Shown here: positions 9,539-21,219 of the stretch, piece by piece
How positions within the stretch are numbered: the first letter of the stretch is position 1
Layout of the letters: the number at the start of each line of letters is the position of its first letter
From: an uncultured Chloroflexia bacterium
GTDB taxonomy: Bacteria; Chloroflexota; Limnocylindria; Limnocylindrales; CSP1-4
Reading direction: 5' to 3'
DNA: 64,000 nucleotides
NCBI GenBank assembly: GCA_963813335.1
Contig: CAWEYL010000001.1
Coordinates: forward strand, 576,001-640,000
Notes under the pieces: generated by a model
Told to the model about the DNA's origin: nothing
What the model saw: only the letters and a program-made list of their open reading frames with translations
Database searches by the model: none
Program-made: the position numbers and the translations under genes

Positions 9539-12498
9539 ATGGACCGCCTGATGCTGCTCGACGGCAACGGGCTCATCTACCGCGGATATTTCGCGCTCCC
9601 GCCGCTGACGACGTCGAAGGGCGAGCTCGTGAACGCGGTCTTCGGGTTCTGCAGCATCGTCCTGCGCGGGATCCAGGACATCCGCCCGGACTACGTCGCG
9701 GTCGCCTTCGACCTGCCCGGCCCGACCTTCCGCCACGAGCAGTACGCCGAGTACAAGGCCACCCGCCAGCGCATGCCGGACGACCTGCGCGACCAGTTCC
9801 CCAAGGTCCGCGAGGTCGTCAAGGCCCTGCGCATCCCGGTCTACGAGCTGGCCGGCTACGAGGCCGATGACGTCATCGGGACGATCACCGTCGACGCGGA
9901 ACGGCGCGGCCTCGACACGACGATCGTGACCGGCGACCTCGACATGCTCCAGCTGGTCACGGACCACACGCGCCTGATGACGACCCGGTCCGGCGTCGAG
10001 AACACGATCCTCTACGACCCGGCGAAGATCTTCGACCGCTTCGAGCTGGTGCCCGGGCCAGATGATCGACTACAAGGCCCTCAAGGGCGACCCGACCGAC
10101 AACATCCCGGGCGTGCCCGGCGTCGGCGAGAAGACCGCGGCGAAGCTGATCCGCGAGTTCGGCACGCTCGACGCGCTGTACGAGCGGATCGACGAGGTCA
10201 AGCCCGACAAGCTGCGCGAGAAGCTCGTCGAGCACCGCGAGTCGGTGTTCATGGGCCGCGACCTCTCGACGATCGTCCGCGACCTGCCCGGTCGAGTTCG
10301 ACCTCGAGGCGGCCCGCCTCGGCGACTACGACCGCGAGACCGTCATCCGGCTCTTCCGCGAGTACGAGTTCCGCTCGCTGATCGAGCGCCTGCCGGCGAT
10401 GACCGGCGAGACGGCCGGCGACGCGGCCGAGGCGCTGCGCAGCGTGGCATCCGACGGCTCGGTCCCGGCGGCCCGGGTCGCCGGCGCGGCCCGTCCCGCC
10501 GGCTGGGGTTCGGCCCGCCCGGTCGCGCCGCCGTCGGAAGGCGGCGGACTCCAGCTCTCGCTCGATTTCGATGCCGTCGCGCGGCCCGCCGCGCCCGCGG
10601 CTCCCGCGGTCGATGCCGCGGCCGAGGTCGCCGCCCAGCCGGCCCGCCCCGCCGTCGAGGTCGACCCGGGCGACCTGCCCACCGCGCTGGCCGCGGCGAT
10701 CGCCGACCCGAGCCGGATCGAGGTCCACGCGGGGCGAGGGGATCGCCGCCCTGGAGCCGTGGCTGGCCGCCCAGCCGGCCGTCGGCGTCGGGCTGCTGCT
10801 CGACGACCCGCGACCGCGGCGCGGCGCGCCGGTCGCCCTCGCGCTCGCGGGCGCGGACGGCCGGACGATCGCGGTGGAAGGCCCGGCGGACGCCGCGGCG
10901 CTGCGGCTCGCTGCTCGAACGGCTGGCCATCCCCGTCGTCGCCCACGAGGTCAAGCCGCTGCTCGTGGCCCGGATCGGCGACGACCTCGACGCGCCCGCC
11001 GACCCCGGTCGCGTTCGACACCCAGATCGCGGCGTACATCCTCAATGCGTCGCTGCGGAGCCAGTCCATCTCGGACGTCGTCGCGGAGCAGCTCGACCTG
11101 ATCCTGCCGCCGGTCGCGGAGCTCGACAACCTGGCCCGGGCCGGTCTCGAGGCGCTCTCCGCGATCGCCGTCCGCGAGCCGCTGGAGCGGCGCCTCCGCG
11201 ACGAGGGCCTCGACCGCCTGTACGCGGAGATCGAGCTGCCGCTGATCGCCGTCCTCGCGCGGATGGAGGCGACCGGCGTCGCACTCGACCTCGACGCGCT
11301 CGCATTGCTCGCCACGGAGTTCGGTGCCGAGATCTCCCGACTCGAGGCCGAGATCTACGCGGACGTCGGCCACGAGTTCAACCTCGGCAGCCCCAAGCAG
11401 CTCGAGCAGATCCTCTTCTACGAGCTGAACCTGCCGAAGGGCAAGCGGACGAAGACCGGGTACTCGACGGACGCCTCGGTGCTCGAGGACCTGCGCCCCG
11501 CCCACCCGATGATCGACAAGCTGCTCGAGTGGCGGACCTACACGAAGCTGCGCTCGACCTACGTCGAGGCGCTGCCGTCGCTGCTCGCGTCGGACGGGCG
11601 GCTGCACACGACCTTCCACCAGGCCGTGGCCGCCACCGGGCGGCTGTCCTCGTCGGATCCGAACCTCCAGAACATCCCGATCCGGACGCCGCTCGGGCGG
11701 CGCATCCGCCGGGCGTTCGTGGCCGGCGCGCCGGACCTCACGCTCGTGGCCGCCGACTACAGCCAGATCGAGCTGCGGATCCTCGCCCACGTGTCGGGAG
11801 ACGAGCACCTGCGCGACGCGTTCGCGCGTGGCGCCGACATCCACCGCGAGACGGCGGCCCGCGTGCTCCACAAGGACCCTGCGGACGTGACGCTCGGCGA
11901 GCGCTCGATGGCCAAGATGGTCAACTTCGGCATCGCCTACGGGATGAGCGACTTCGGGCTGTCGAGCCGGGCCAACATCCCGCGCGCCGAGGCGCAGGAC
12001 TTCATCAACACCTATTTCGCGACCTATTCCGGGATCTCCTACTACATGCTCGCGATCAAGGAGCAGGCGCGGACCCAGGGCTACGTCACGACGCTGCTCG
12101 GACGCAAGCGCCACATCCCCGAGCTGGCGGCGCGCAACCCGACGCTGCGCGCGGCGGGGGAGCGGATGGCCATCAACATGCCGATCCAGGGGACCGCGGC
12201 CGACATCGTCAAGATCGCGATGATCCGCCTCGACGAGCGACTGCGCGACGGCGGGTTCCGGGCGCGGCCGCTGCTCCAGGTCCACGACGAGCTGCTGCTC
12301 GAGGTGCCACGGGCCGAGGTCGACCGGCTCGTGCCGGTCCTCCGCGAGACGATGGAGAGCGCCCTCCCGCTCGACGTCCCGCTGACCGTCGACGTGAAGG
12401 TCGGCGACGACTGGGATTCGATGACGCCGCTGACGCGTGCCGACGCGATCGCGGCCGAGGCGGCCGAGGCGCCCGACATCGCGCTCCCGATCGCCTGA
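9539..12498 (+). CDS. polA: DNA polymerase I (several indels)
   Basis: LLDGN, YEADDVIGT, GDPTDNIPGVPGVGEKTA, TGRLSSSDPNLQNIP, ADYSQIELR, LQVHDEL. Confidence 0.97.
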
Positions 12499-12516
12499 CG
12501 CCGCGGATCGTCAGGG

Positions 12517-13565
12517 ATGCCCGAACTCCCGGAGGTCGAGACCGTCGTCCGCGACCTGCGACCCCACCTGGTCGGCGCCACGATCACCGGTGCCCGCAGC
12601 TCCTGGGGGCGGACGCTCAAGACGCATGACGGCGACGCATTCGCCGCGGCGATCGACGGGACGGCGCGTCGAAGGCGGTCAGCCGGCGCGCGAAGCAGAT
12701 CGTCGTCGAGCTGTCGGGCGACGCCGCGATGACCATCCATCTCAAGATGACCGGCCAGCTGTTCGTGGTGCCGGCCGGCGCCGCGGAGGACCCGTACATC
12801 CGGCTGGTCCTGGAGCTGGCCGACGGGCGCGAGCTGCGGTTCCGCGACATCCGCAAGTTCGGGAAGATCGGGCTGTACGGGCGCGACCCCGTCACCGGCG
12901 AGCTGGTCACGGAGGTCGGCGGTGCCGCGCTGTTCGCGCAGATCGGCCCGGAGCCGCTGGACCCGGCGTTCACGCTGCGCGACTTCCGGCGGCGCATCCG
13001 ACGCCGCTCCGGGCGGCTCAAGCCACTCCTCCTCGACCAGTCGTTCATCGCGGGCGTCGGCAACATCTACGCCGACGAGGCGCTGTGGCAGGCGCGGCTC
13101 CATCCGCTCCGCACGGCCCCGACCCTCCGGCCAGCGGACGAGCGGCACCTGTTCGACGCCGTCCGCTCGATCCTGACCGAGGCGGTCGAGCGCCGCGGCT
13201 CCTCGATCGACGACTACACGGCGCCGGACGGCGACGGCTCGATGCAGGAGCACCTCAACGTCTACCAGCGGACCGGCGAGCCGTGCCCGCGCTGCGGCCG
13301 GCCGATCAAGCGCATCGTCATCGGGGCGCGGAGCACCCACTTCTGCTCGTGGTGCCAGCGGCTGCCGGCGAGCGATCGCGCCGGCGCCAGGGCGATCCTG
13401 CGCGGGATGACCGGCGGCGTGCGGCGGACCGGCCCGCGCTGGTCGGACCTGACGGATCGGACGAAGCAGGCCGCGGCCACGCGGCGAGCGGCGGCACGGC
13501 GAGCGGCCGGATCCGCGCCGGGACTCTGCGGTCCCGCCGGTGCCCGCGACGGCTGGAAACCGCTG

Positions 13566-13566
<1 letters not shown>
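12517..13566 (+). CDS. mutM: formamidopyrimidine-DNA glycosylase (indels)
   Basis: N-terminal PELPEVE, HLKMTG, GVGNIYADE, CPRC..CSWC zinc finger; probable TGA overlapping the ATG of the next gene. Confidence 0.93.
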
Positions 13567-15612
<2,046 letters not shown>

Positions 15613-15727
15613 CCGTCTCGCCGGGTGCGCCGGAGAACCGTCGGTACCAGTGGATCCTGCCGTTCGGGGGATGTCCGGGCGCCGCGCGATAGTCCTACGG
15701 TCCTAGTCGACCTGCCCGTGCGCGCTG

Positions 15728-18421
15728 ATGCCGGGATCGGTCCGCTCGAATGGGGCGCTGGAAAGCCACGTGCGTGCAGCTCGACTCGCCGCGATCGTCC
15801 GGCCCGTGAGATCGCGATCCCAGCAGTTCGTCGCCGGGACATCCGGCTCGACGAGGGTCTGGCTCTTCACGGCGTTCCTCGCTGCGATCGCGGCTGCGCT
15901 CGCGGTGCGGTTCGTCCCGTCCGAGCCTCCCCTCGACATTCCCATCGAGATCCCAGTGTGGCTGCTCGCCGGCGGGTTCTACCTGGCCGAGGCGAAGGTC
16001 ATCCACCTCCACATCGGGCGCAGCGCGCACTCGTTCTCGATGAGCGAGTTGCCGCTTGTCGCCGGACTCTTCCTCATCTCCCCACCGGCGTTCATCGTCG
16101 CGCGCGTCGTCGGTTCCGGCCTGGCACTCGCCTTCCACCGCCGCCAGCGCTCGGTCAAGCTCGCCTTCAACCTCGTCCAGTTCAGCCTGGCCTCGGTGGT
16201 CTCGGTCGCGATCATCCACCTCGCGATCGCACCGGACGCCGTGTTCGGGCCGGCGGTCTGGCTCGCCGTCCTGATGGTGGCGCTCGTCGAGAACGTCATC
16301 GGCGTCCTGGCGGTCAGCACCGCGATCTCCCTGGCCGAGGGAACGGCCCAGTACCGACGGATCCCCGAGATGCTCAAGATCGGGATCGTCGTCTCGCTGA
16401 CGAACGCGAGCATCGGCCTGATGGGCCTTACGGTGATCCTGTCGAACCCGGAGTCGGTCTGGCTCTTCGTCCTGCCGACGGTGACCGCGACCCTGGCGTA
16501 CCGCGCCTACATCTCCGAACGGCAACAGCACGAGAGCATCGAGCTGCTCTACGAGTCGACCCGCATCCTCCAGCGCAGCCCGCAGCTGGACACCGCCCTC
16601 GTCTCGCTGCTCGACCACGCCCGGAAGATGTTCCGGGCGGACGTCGCCGAGATCCGCCTCCTGCCGCGACACGAGGGCGACGACATCCTTCGGTGCCAGG
16701 TCGGACCGGGCGAAGCGGTGGAGGTGATGCAGCCGGTCAGGCCGGCGCTCGACGATGCCGTCCTCGAGCGCGCCGTCACCGAACGACATGGGCGCATCGT
16801 CGATCTGCCGGTCGACGCGGAGATCGACGGGGCAGGACGCCGGCGCGTCCGGAAGGCCCTCGTCGCCCCACTGCTGGGAGAGTCGACGCTCATCGGCACG
16901 CTACTGATCTCCGACCCCCTCAACGACATCAGCACGTTCGAGGCGGAGGATCTCAAGCTCTTCGAGACGCTGGCGAATCACACCGCGATCGCGCTCGAGA
17001 ACGGACAGCTGGAGCAGTCGCTCGAACAGCTCGGCCGGCTCAAGGAAGAGCTGCACCATCAGGCATCGCACGACCCGCTCACGGGGTTGGCGAACCGGTC
17101 GCTCTTCACCCAGGTCGTCGCCTCGCGCCTCGAGGCGCGGGACCCCGGCGGCACGGTGCCGATCGTCCTGTTCGTGGACCTCGACGACTTCAAGCTGGTC
17201 AACGACAGCCTCGGGCATGCCGCGGGCGACGCACTCCTGGTCGCGGTCGGCGACCGCCTTCACTCCGTGCTGCGCACCACCGACATGGCGGCCCGCCTCG
17301 GCGGTGACGAGTTCGCCGTGCTCCTGCGCGACACGCCGGACATGAAGGCGTCGATGCGCGTGGCGAACCGGCTGACGGCCGCCATGGGCCCACTCTTCGA
17401 GATCGAAGGTCGCGACGTCAACGTGCGGGCGAGCGTCGGCGTGGCGGCGGGCCGGCCGGGCGTCGAGACCGCGGGCGACCTGTTGCGCAACGCCGACGTC
17501 GCGATGTACTCGGCGAAGGCTCGCGGCAAGGGTCGCGTCGTCGTCTTCGAGCCGTCGATGCATGACGCGGTGATGGCGCGCGCCCAGCTGTCGGCAGACC
17601 TCGAACATGCGATCGCCGCCCGCGAGTTCGTGCTCCAATACCAACCCATCGTCGAGATCGCGACGGGTCGCATGGTCGGCGTCGAGGCGCTCGTGCGCTG
17701 GGAGCACCCGGAACGCGGCAGGATCGGCCCCGACGACTTCATCCGGGTGGCCGAGGAATCCGACTCGATCCTCGAGATCGGGCGCTGGGTGCTGAGCCAG
17801 GCGTGCCAGCAGCGGCATGCCTGGCAGCGAACCGTCGGTTCGGAGCCATTCACCGTGAGCGTGAACATCTCTGCCAGACAGCTGGTGCAGCCCGATTTCG
17901 TCGACGAGGTGCTGACGATCATCCGCGAGGCCGGCGTCGAACCGACGGACATCGTCCTGGAGATGACGGAGACGTCGATGCTCCAGGACAGCGCGGCGAC
18001 TCGCTCGAAGCTGCAGGACCTCCGCGATGTCGGGGTCGGTGTCTCGATCGACGACTTCGGCACCGGCTACTCGTCGCTGAGCTACCTCCAGCGATTCCCG
18101 GTGACGACGCTCAAGATCGCCCGGGACTTCGTCGACGTCGACGGCGTCGAGGCGGACGCCTGGGAGCTCGCCAATGCGATCGTGGCGCTGGGCCGCGCCC
18201 TCCGGCTGTCGGTCATCGCCGAGGGCGTGGAGCAGTGGTCGCAGCTCGGCCGGCTCCGGACGCTCGGCTGCGAGTTCGCCCAGGGCTTCTACTTCGCTCG
18301 ACCGCTCGACCCAGCCTCGATCGAATCGCTGCTCGTTCATGGCAGGGTCCTGAGCGGAGACCCGGACATCGACCCGGCGTTGCCCGTCCGGGCACCGGGT
18401 CGCGCCGTCGAGGCCGGCTGA
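15728..18421 (+). CDS. membrane sensor-GAF-GGDEF-EAL diguanylate cyclase/phosphodiesterase
   Basis: About 7 N-terminal TM helices, GAF-like region, HDPLTGLANR, RTTD I-site 5 aa before GGDEF, EALVRW, DDFGTGYSS, AEGVE, QGFYF. Confidence 0.95.
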   Translation: MPGSVRSNGALESHVRAARLAAIVRPVRSRSQQFVAGTSGSTRVWLFTAFLAAIAAALAVRFVPSEPPLDIPIEIPVWLLAGGFYLAEAKVIHLHIGRSAHSFSMSELPLVAGLFLISPPAFIVARVVGSGLALAFHRRQRSVKLAFNLVQFSLASVVSVAIIHLAIAPDAVFGPAVWLAVLMVALVENVIGVLAVSTAISLAEGTAQYRRIPEMLKIGIVVSLTNASIGLMGLTVILSNPESVWLFVLPTVTATLAYRAYISERQQHESIELLYESTRILQRSPQLDTALVSLLDHARKMFRADVAEIRLLPRHEGDDILRCQVGPGEAVEVMQPVRPALDDAVLERAVTERHGRIVDLPVDAEIDGAGRRRVRKALVAPLLGESTLIGTLLISDPLNDISTFEAEDLKLFETLANHTAIALENGQLEQSLEQLGRLKEELHHQASHDPLTGLANRSLFTQVVASRLEARDPGGTVPIVLFVDLDDFKLVNDSLGHAAGDALLVAVGDRLHSVLRTTDMAARLGGDEFAVLLRDTPDMKASMRVANRLTAAMGPLFEIEGRDVNVRASVGVAAGRPGVETAGDLLRNADVAMYSAKARGKGRVVVFEPSMHDAVMARAQLSADLEHAIAAREFVLQYQPIVEIATGRMVGVEALVRWEHPERGRIGPDDFIRVAEESDSILEIGRWVLSQACQQRHAWQRTVGSEPFTVSVNISARQLVQPDFVDEVLTIIREAGVEPTDIVLEMTETSMLQDSAATRSKLQDLRDVGVGVSIDDFGTGYSSLSYLQRFPVTTLKIARDFVDVDGVEADAWELANAIVALGRALRLSVIAEGVEQWSQLGRLRTLGCEFAQGFYFARPLDPASIESLLVHGRVLSGDPDIDPALPVRAPGRAVEAG

Positions 18422-18558
18422 CCGCCGGCCCGAGACTCGCCCGCCGGCAACTCCGGTTCCGGCGGGCACCGAATAGGACCATCGTCCTATTGGCCCGTGG
18501 GCCGCCGTCTCGCATCGTCGCGGCAGATGACGGCATCCGCATGGGTGCCGCTGGTACG

Positions 18559-18649
18559 GTCTGCAAACTCGGCAAACCCGTCGAGAGGCGGGGACGCAAA
18601 GCCAGGGATCTTCCGGAGACCGCCTCCGAAGACCGCCCGGTTGCCAGGC
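18559..18649 (+). ncRNA. c-di-GMP-I (GEMM) riboswitch
   Basis: GGCAAACCCGTC-GAGA-GGCGGGGACGCAAAGCC core with GNRA loop, 3' CGGTTGCC, P1 GTCTG/CAGGC; G at the G20-equivalent position; 5' of the S8 gene. Confidence 0.88.
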
Positions 18650-18682
18650 ACCGCACATCGACCCGACCAGAGGGTGGTATCG

Positions 18683-20276
18683 ATGATGCAGGTGGATCGT
18701 CCCGATGGGGGCAGCGCCTCCCCGACGCGCCCTCGCGCAGACCGCGGCTGGAGCCTCGATCTCACAGCGTCAGGTCGCCTCGCCGCGTCCCTCGCCGCTG
18801 TCCTCGTCGCCGCGGCCATCGCGCCCGTCGCCGCCCTCGCGTCCGGCTACGACCCGGCCGACGACGCGAACTCGATGTACAACACGACCGCGTACACCGG
18901 TGCCACGGCGTGGTGGAACGCCGGCTACACCGGCGCGGGCGTCGACGTCGCCCTCATCGACACCGGGGTCAGCCCGGTCCAGGGTCTCGCGACGCCGGGC
19001 AAGATCATCTACGGCCCGGACCTGTCACTCGAGTCCCAGTCGCCGGAGCTGAAGAACCTCGACACGAACGGCCACGGGACGTTCATGGCCGGGCTCATCG
19101 CCGGCAAGGACGGCGACCTCACGGAGCCGTATGCCGGACGCCCCGGCGTCGGCCTACCGGGGGATGGCTCCAGATGCCCGGATCGTGTCGGTCAAGGTCG
19201 GCGTCGCCGACGGTGGGACGGACGTCAGCCAGGTCATCGCCGCGATCGACTGGGTCGTCCAGCACAAGGACGACAACGGCCTGAACATCCGGGTCATCAA
19301 CCTGTCGTACGGGACGAACACGCACGCAGGCCTCCGCGGTCGACCCGCTCGCGTACGCCGCCGAGCAGGCCTGGAAGGCCGGCATCTTCGTCGTCGCCGC
19401 CGGCGGCAACAACGGCTACCAGAGCCGCAGGAGCCAGGCCCCGGCCCTGGCGAACCCGGCCATGGACCGCTACCTCATGGCGGTCGGCTCGTCGGACTCG
19501 ATGGGAACCACCACCGTGGAGGACGACCGGGTGCCGGCGTTCTCGCCCTGGCCGAGGCGCGGGACCGCGCGGAGCGTCGACCTCGTCGCCCCGGGGGTGC
19601 ACATCCAGGGGCTGCGCGTCCCGAACAGCTTCATCGACATGAACCACTCGGGGGGCCAGCTCGACGGACCGCTACTTCCGCGGCAGCGGGACGTCCGAGT
19701 CGGCGGCGATCGTCTCGGGTGCCGCGGCGTTGCTCCTCCAGAAGTACCCGACCGCCACACCCGACCGGATCAAGGCACTGCTCTCGCGCACCGCCTACGA
19801 CATCAACGGGCCGTCGCAGGCCATCGGCGGCGGCGAGCTGCAACTCGGGGAGGCCCTGACCACGGCCCTTCCGCACTCGACCCAGACCTGGCCCTCCTCG
19901 ACCGGCACGGGCTCGCTCGAAGCCGCCCGCGGCGATGATCACCTGACGCTCGACGGCGTCGTGCTGACCGGCGAGCAGGACATCTTCGGAGCGGCGTTCG
20001 ACTCGGAGGCGATGGCCCAGCTCGAGGCTGACGGCAGCAGCTGGTCCGGTGGGACGTGGAACGGCAACTCCTGGTCTGGCAGCAGCTGGTCGGGCAGCTC
20101 GTGGAGCGGCAGTTCCTGGTCTGGCAGCAGCTGGTCGGGCAGCTCGTGGTCCGGTTCGAGCTGGTCCGGCGAACTCCTGGTCCGGTTCGAGCTGGAGCGG
20201 CAGCTCCTGGTCGGGCAGCAGCTGGAGCGGAAGCTCCTGGTCGGGCGACAGCTGGTCCGGGGCGGACTGGGAGTAG
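18683..20276 (+). CDS. secreted S8 (subtilisin-like) serine peptidase with C-terminal GxxWx repeats (indels near 19135, 19325, 19668, 20171)
   Basis: Signal-like LAASLAAVLVAAAIAPVAALA; triad VALIDTG / GHGTFMAG / GSGTSESAAIVSG; INLSYG, AAGGN. Confidence 0.92.
20033..20273 (+). repeat. 16 x 15-bp coding repeat (GSSWS pentapeptide)
   Basis: GSSWS GGTWN GNSWS (GSSWS)6 GNSWS (GSSWS)4 GDSWS GADWE, then stop; one extra G at ~20171. Confidence 0.95.
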
Positions 20277-20336
20277 CAAAGAGGTCCACCTGCGGGACGA
20301 GGTTCACCTGCGCTCGGGGGCCGTACACTCCGAGGC

Positions 20337-20966
20337 GTGACCCGGAGTGCCGCGAACCGCCGCGCTGGACCGCTCCGCCTCGGACTGACAGGACCGATCG
20401 GCTGCGGGAAGTCGACGTGGCCGGATGGCTCGGCGAGCGACCCGGGTGTCGTCGTCATCGACGCGGACGACGTCGTGCGCGGCATCGTCGAGCCGGGTAC
20501 CCCGACGCTCGACGACATCGTCAAGCGATTCGGTCGGGAGGCGCTGGCCGAGGATGGGACGCTCGACCGGGCGAGGCTCGGTCGGATCGTCTTCGGCGAT
20601 GCCACGGCGCTGGCCGACCTCGAGGCGATCACCGGACCGCCGGCACGGGCGCGGATCATGCGGGCGATCGAGGACGCCGAGTCGCACGGCGCCACTGGCG
20701 TGGTCATCGAAGCGATCCGATTGCTCGATGGCGGGTTGGCGACCGCCTGCGACGAGGTCTGGCTCGTCACCTGCGATCCATGGGTCCAGGTCGAGCGCCT
20801 GGCAGGACGGGGGACCGACCCGGAAGACGCTGCCCGCCGCATCGAGGCGCAAGCCGGACTGGTGGAACGGGTCCGGCCGGCTGCCACGCGGGTCATCGAC
20901 ACCTCGGGATCGGTCGAAGCGACGAGGGCCGACGTCGACGCCGCGTTCGATGCGGCCGTTCGCTGA
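20337..20966 (+). CDS. coaE: dephospho-CoA kinase
   Basis: GLTGPIGCGKST, IDAD, LDRARLGRIVF, EAIRLL. Confidence 0.9.
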   Translation: MTRSAANRRAGPLRLGLTGPIGCGKSTWPDGSASDPGVVVIDADDVVRGIVEPGTPTLDDIVKRFGREALAEDGTLDRARLGRIVFGDATALADLEAITGPPARARIMRAIEDAESHGATGVVIEAIRLLDGGLATACDEVWLVTCDPWVQVERLAGRGTDPEDAARRIEAQAGLVERVRPAATRVIDTSGSVEATRADVDAAFDAAVR

Positions 20967-21174
20967 GACTTCGCTGTCAGTGAACGGATGCAGGCTGTGG
21001 GCGGCGATGGACCCGCCCCGAGCGTCGATCGGTCGGATTCGTTCGCCGTGGATGAAGCGAATCAACCTCAAGGCGGTCTGAATCGCCCAACGGAGCGCTT
21101 CGGCCTGCTTTCGTTCGCCCGCAGTGAAGTCGTCGACCGTCCGCTCCCCGCGAGGCCGCAACGAAAACCAATAA

Positions 21175-21188
21175 CGAACACTTGTTCG
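21175..21188 (+). promoter_or_regulatory. LexA (SOS) box upstream of uvrB
   Basis: CGAACACTTGTTCG = CGAAC-N4-GTTCG, about 30 bp before the ATG. Confidence 0.85.
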
Positions 21189-21219
21189 CACGGGTCCAAC
21201 GGCGTATCCTGAGCACCCC

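Noticed and set aside
20033-20276. The 15-bp repeats as a CRISPR array or VNTR
   Set aside because: There are no spacers or cas genes, and most of the variation is synonymous, so the repeat is protein-coding.
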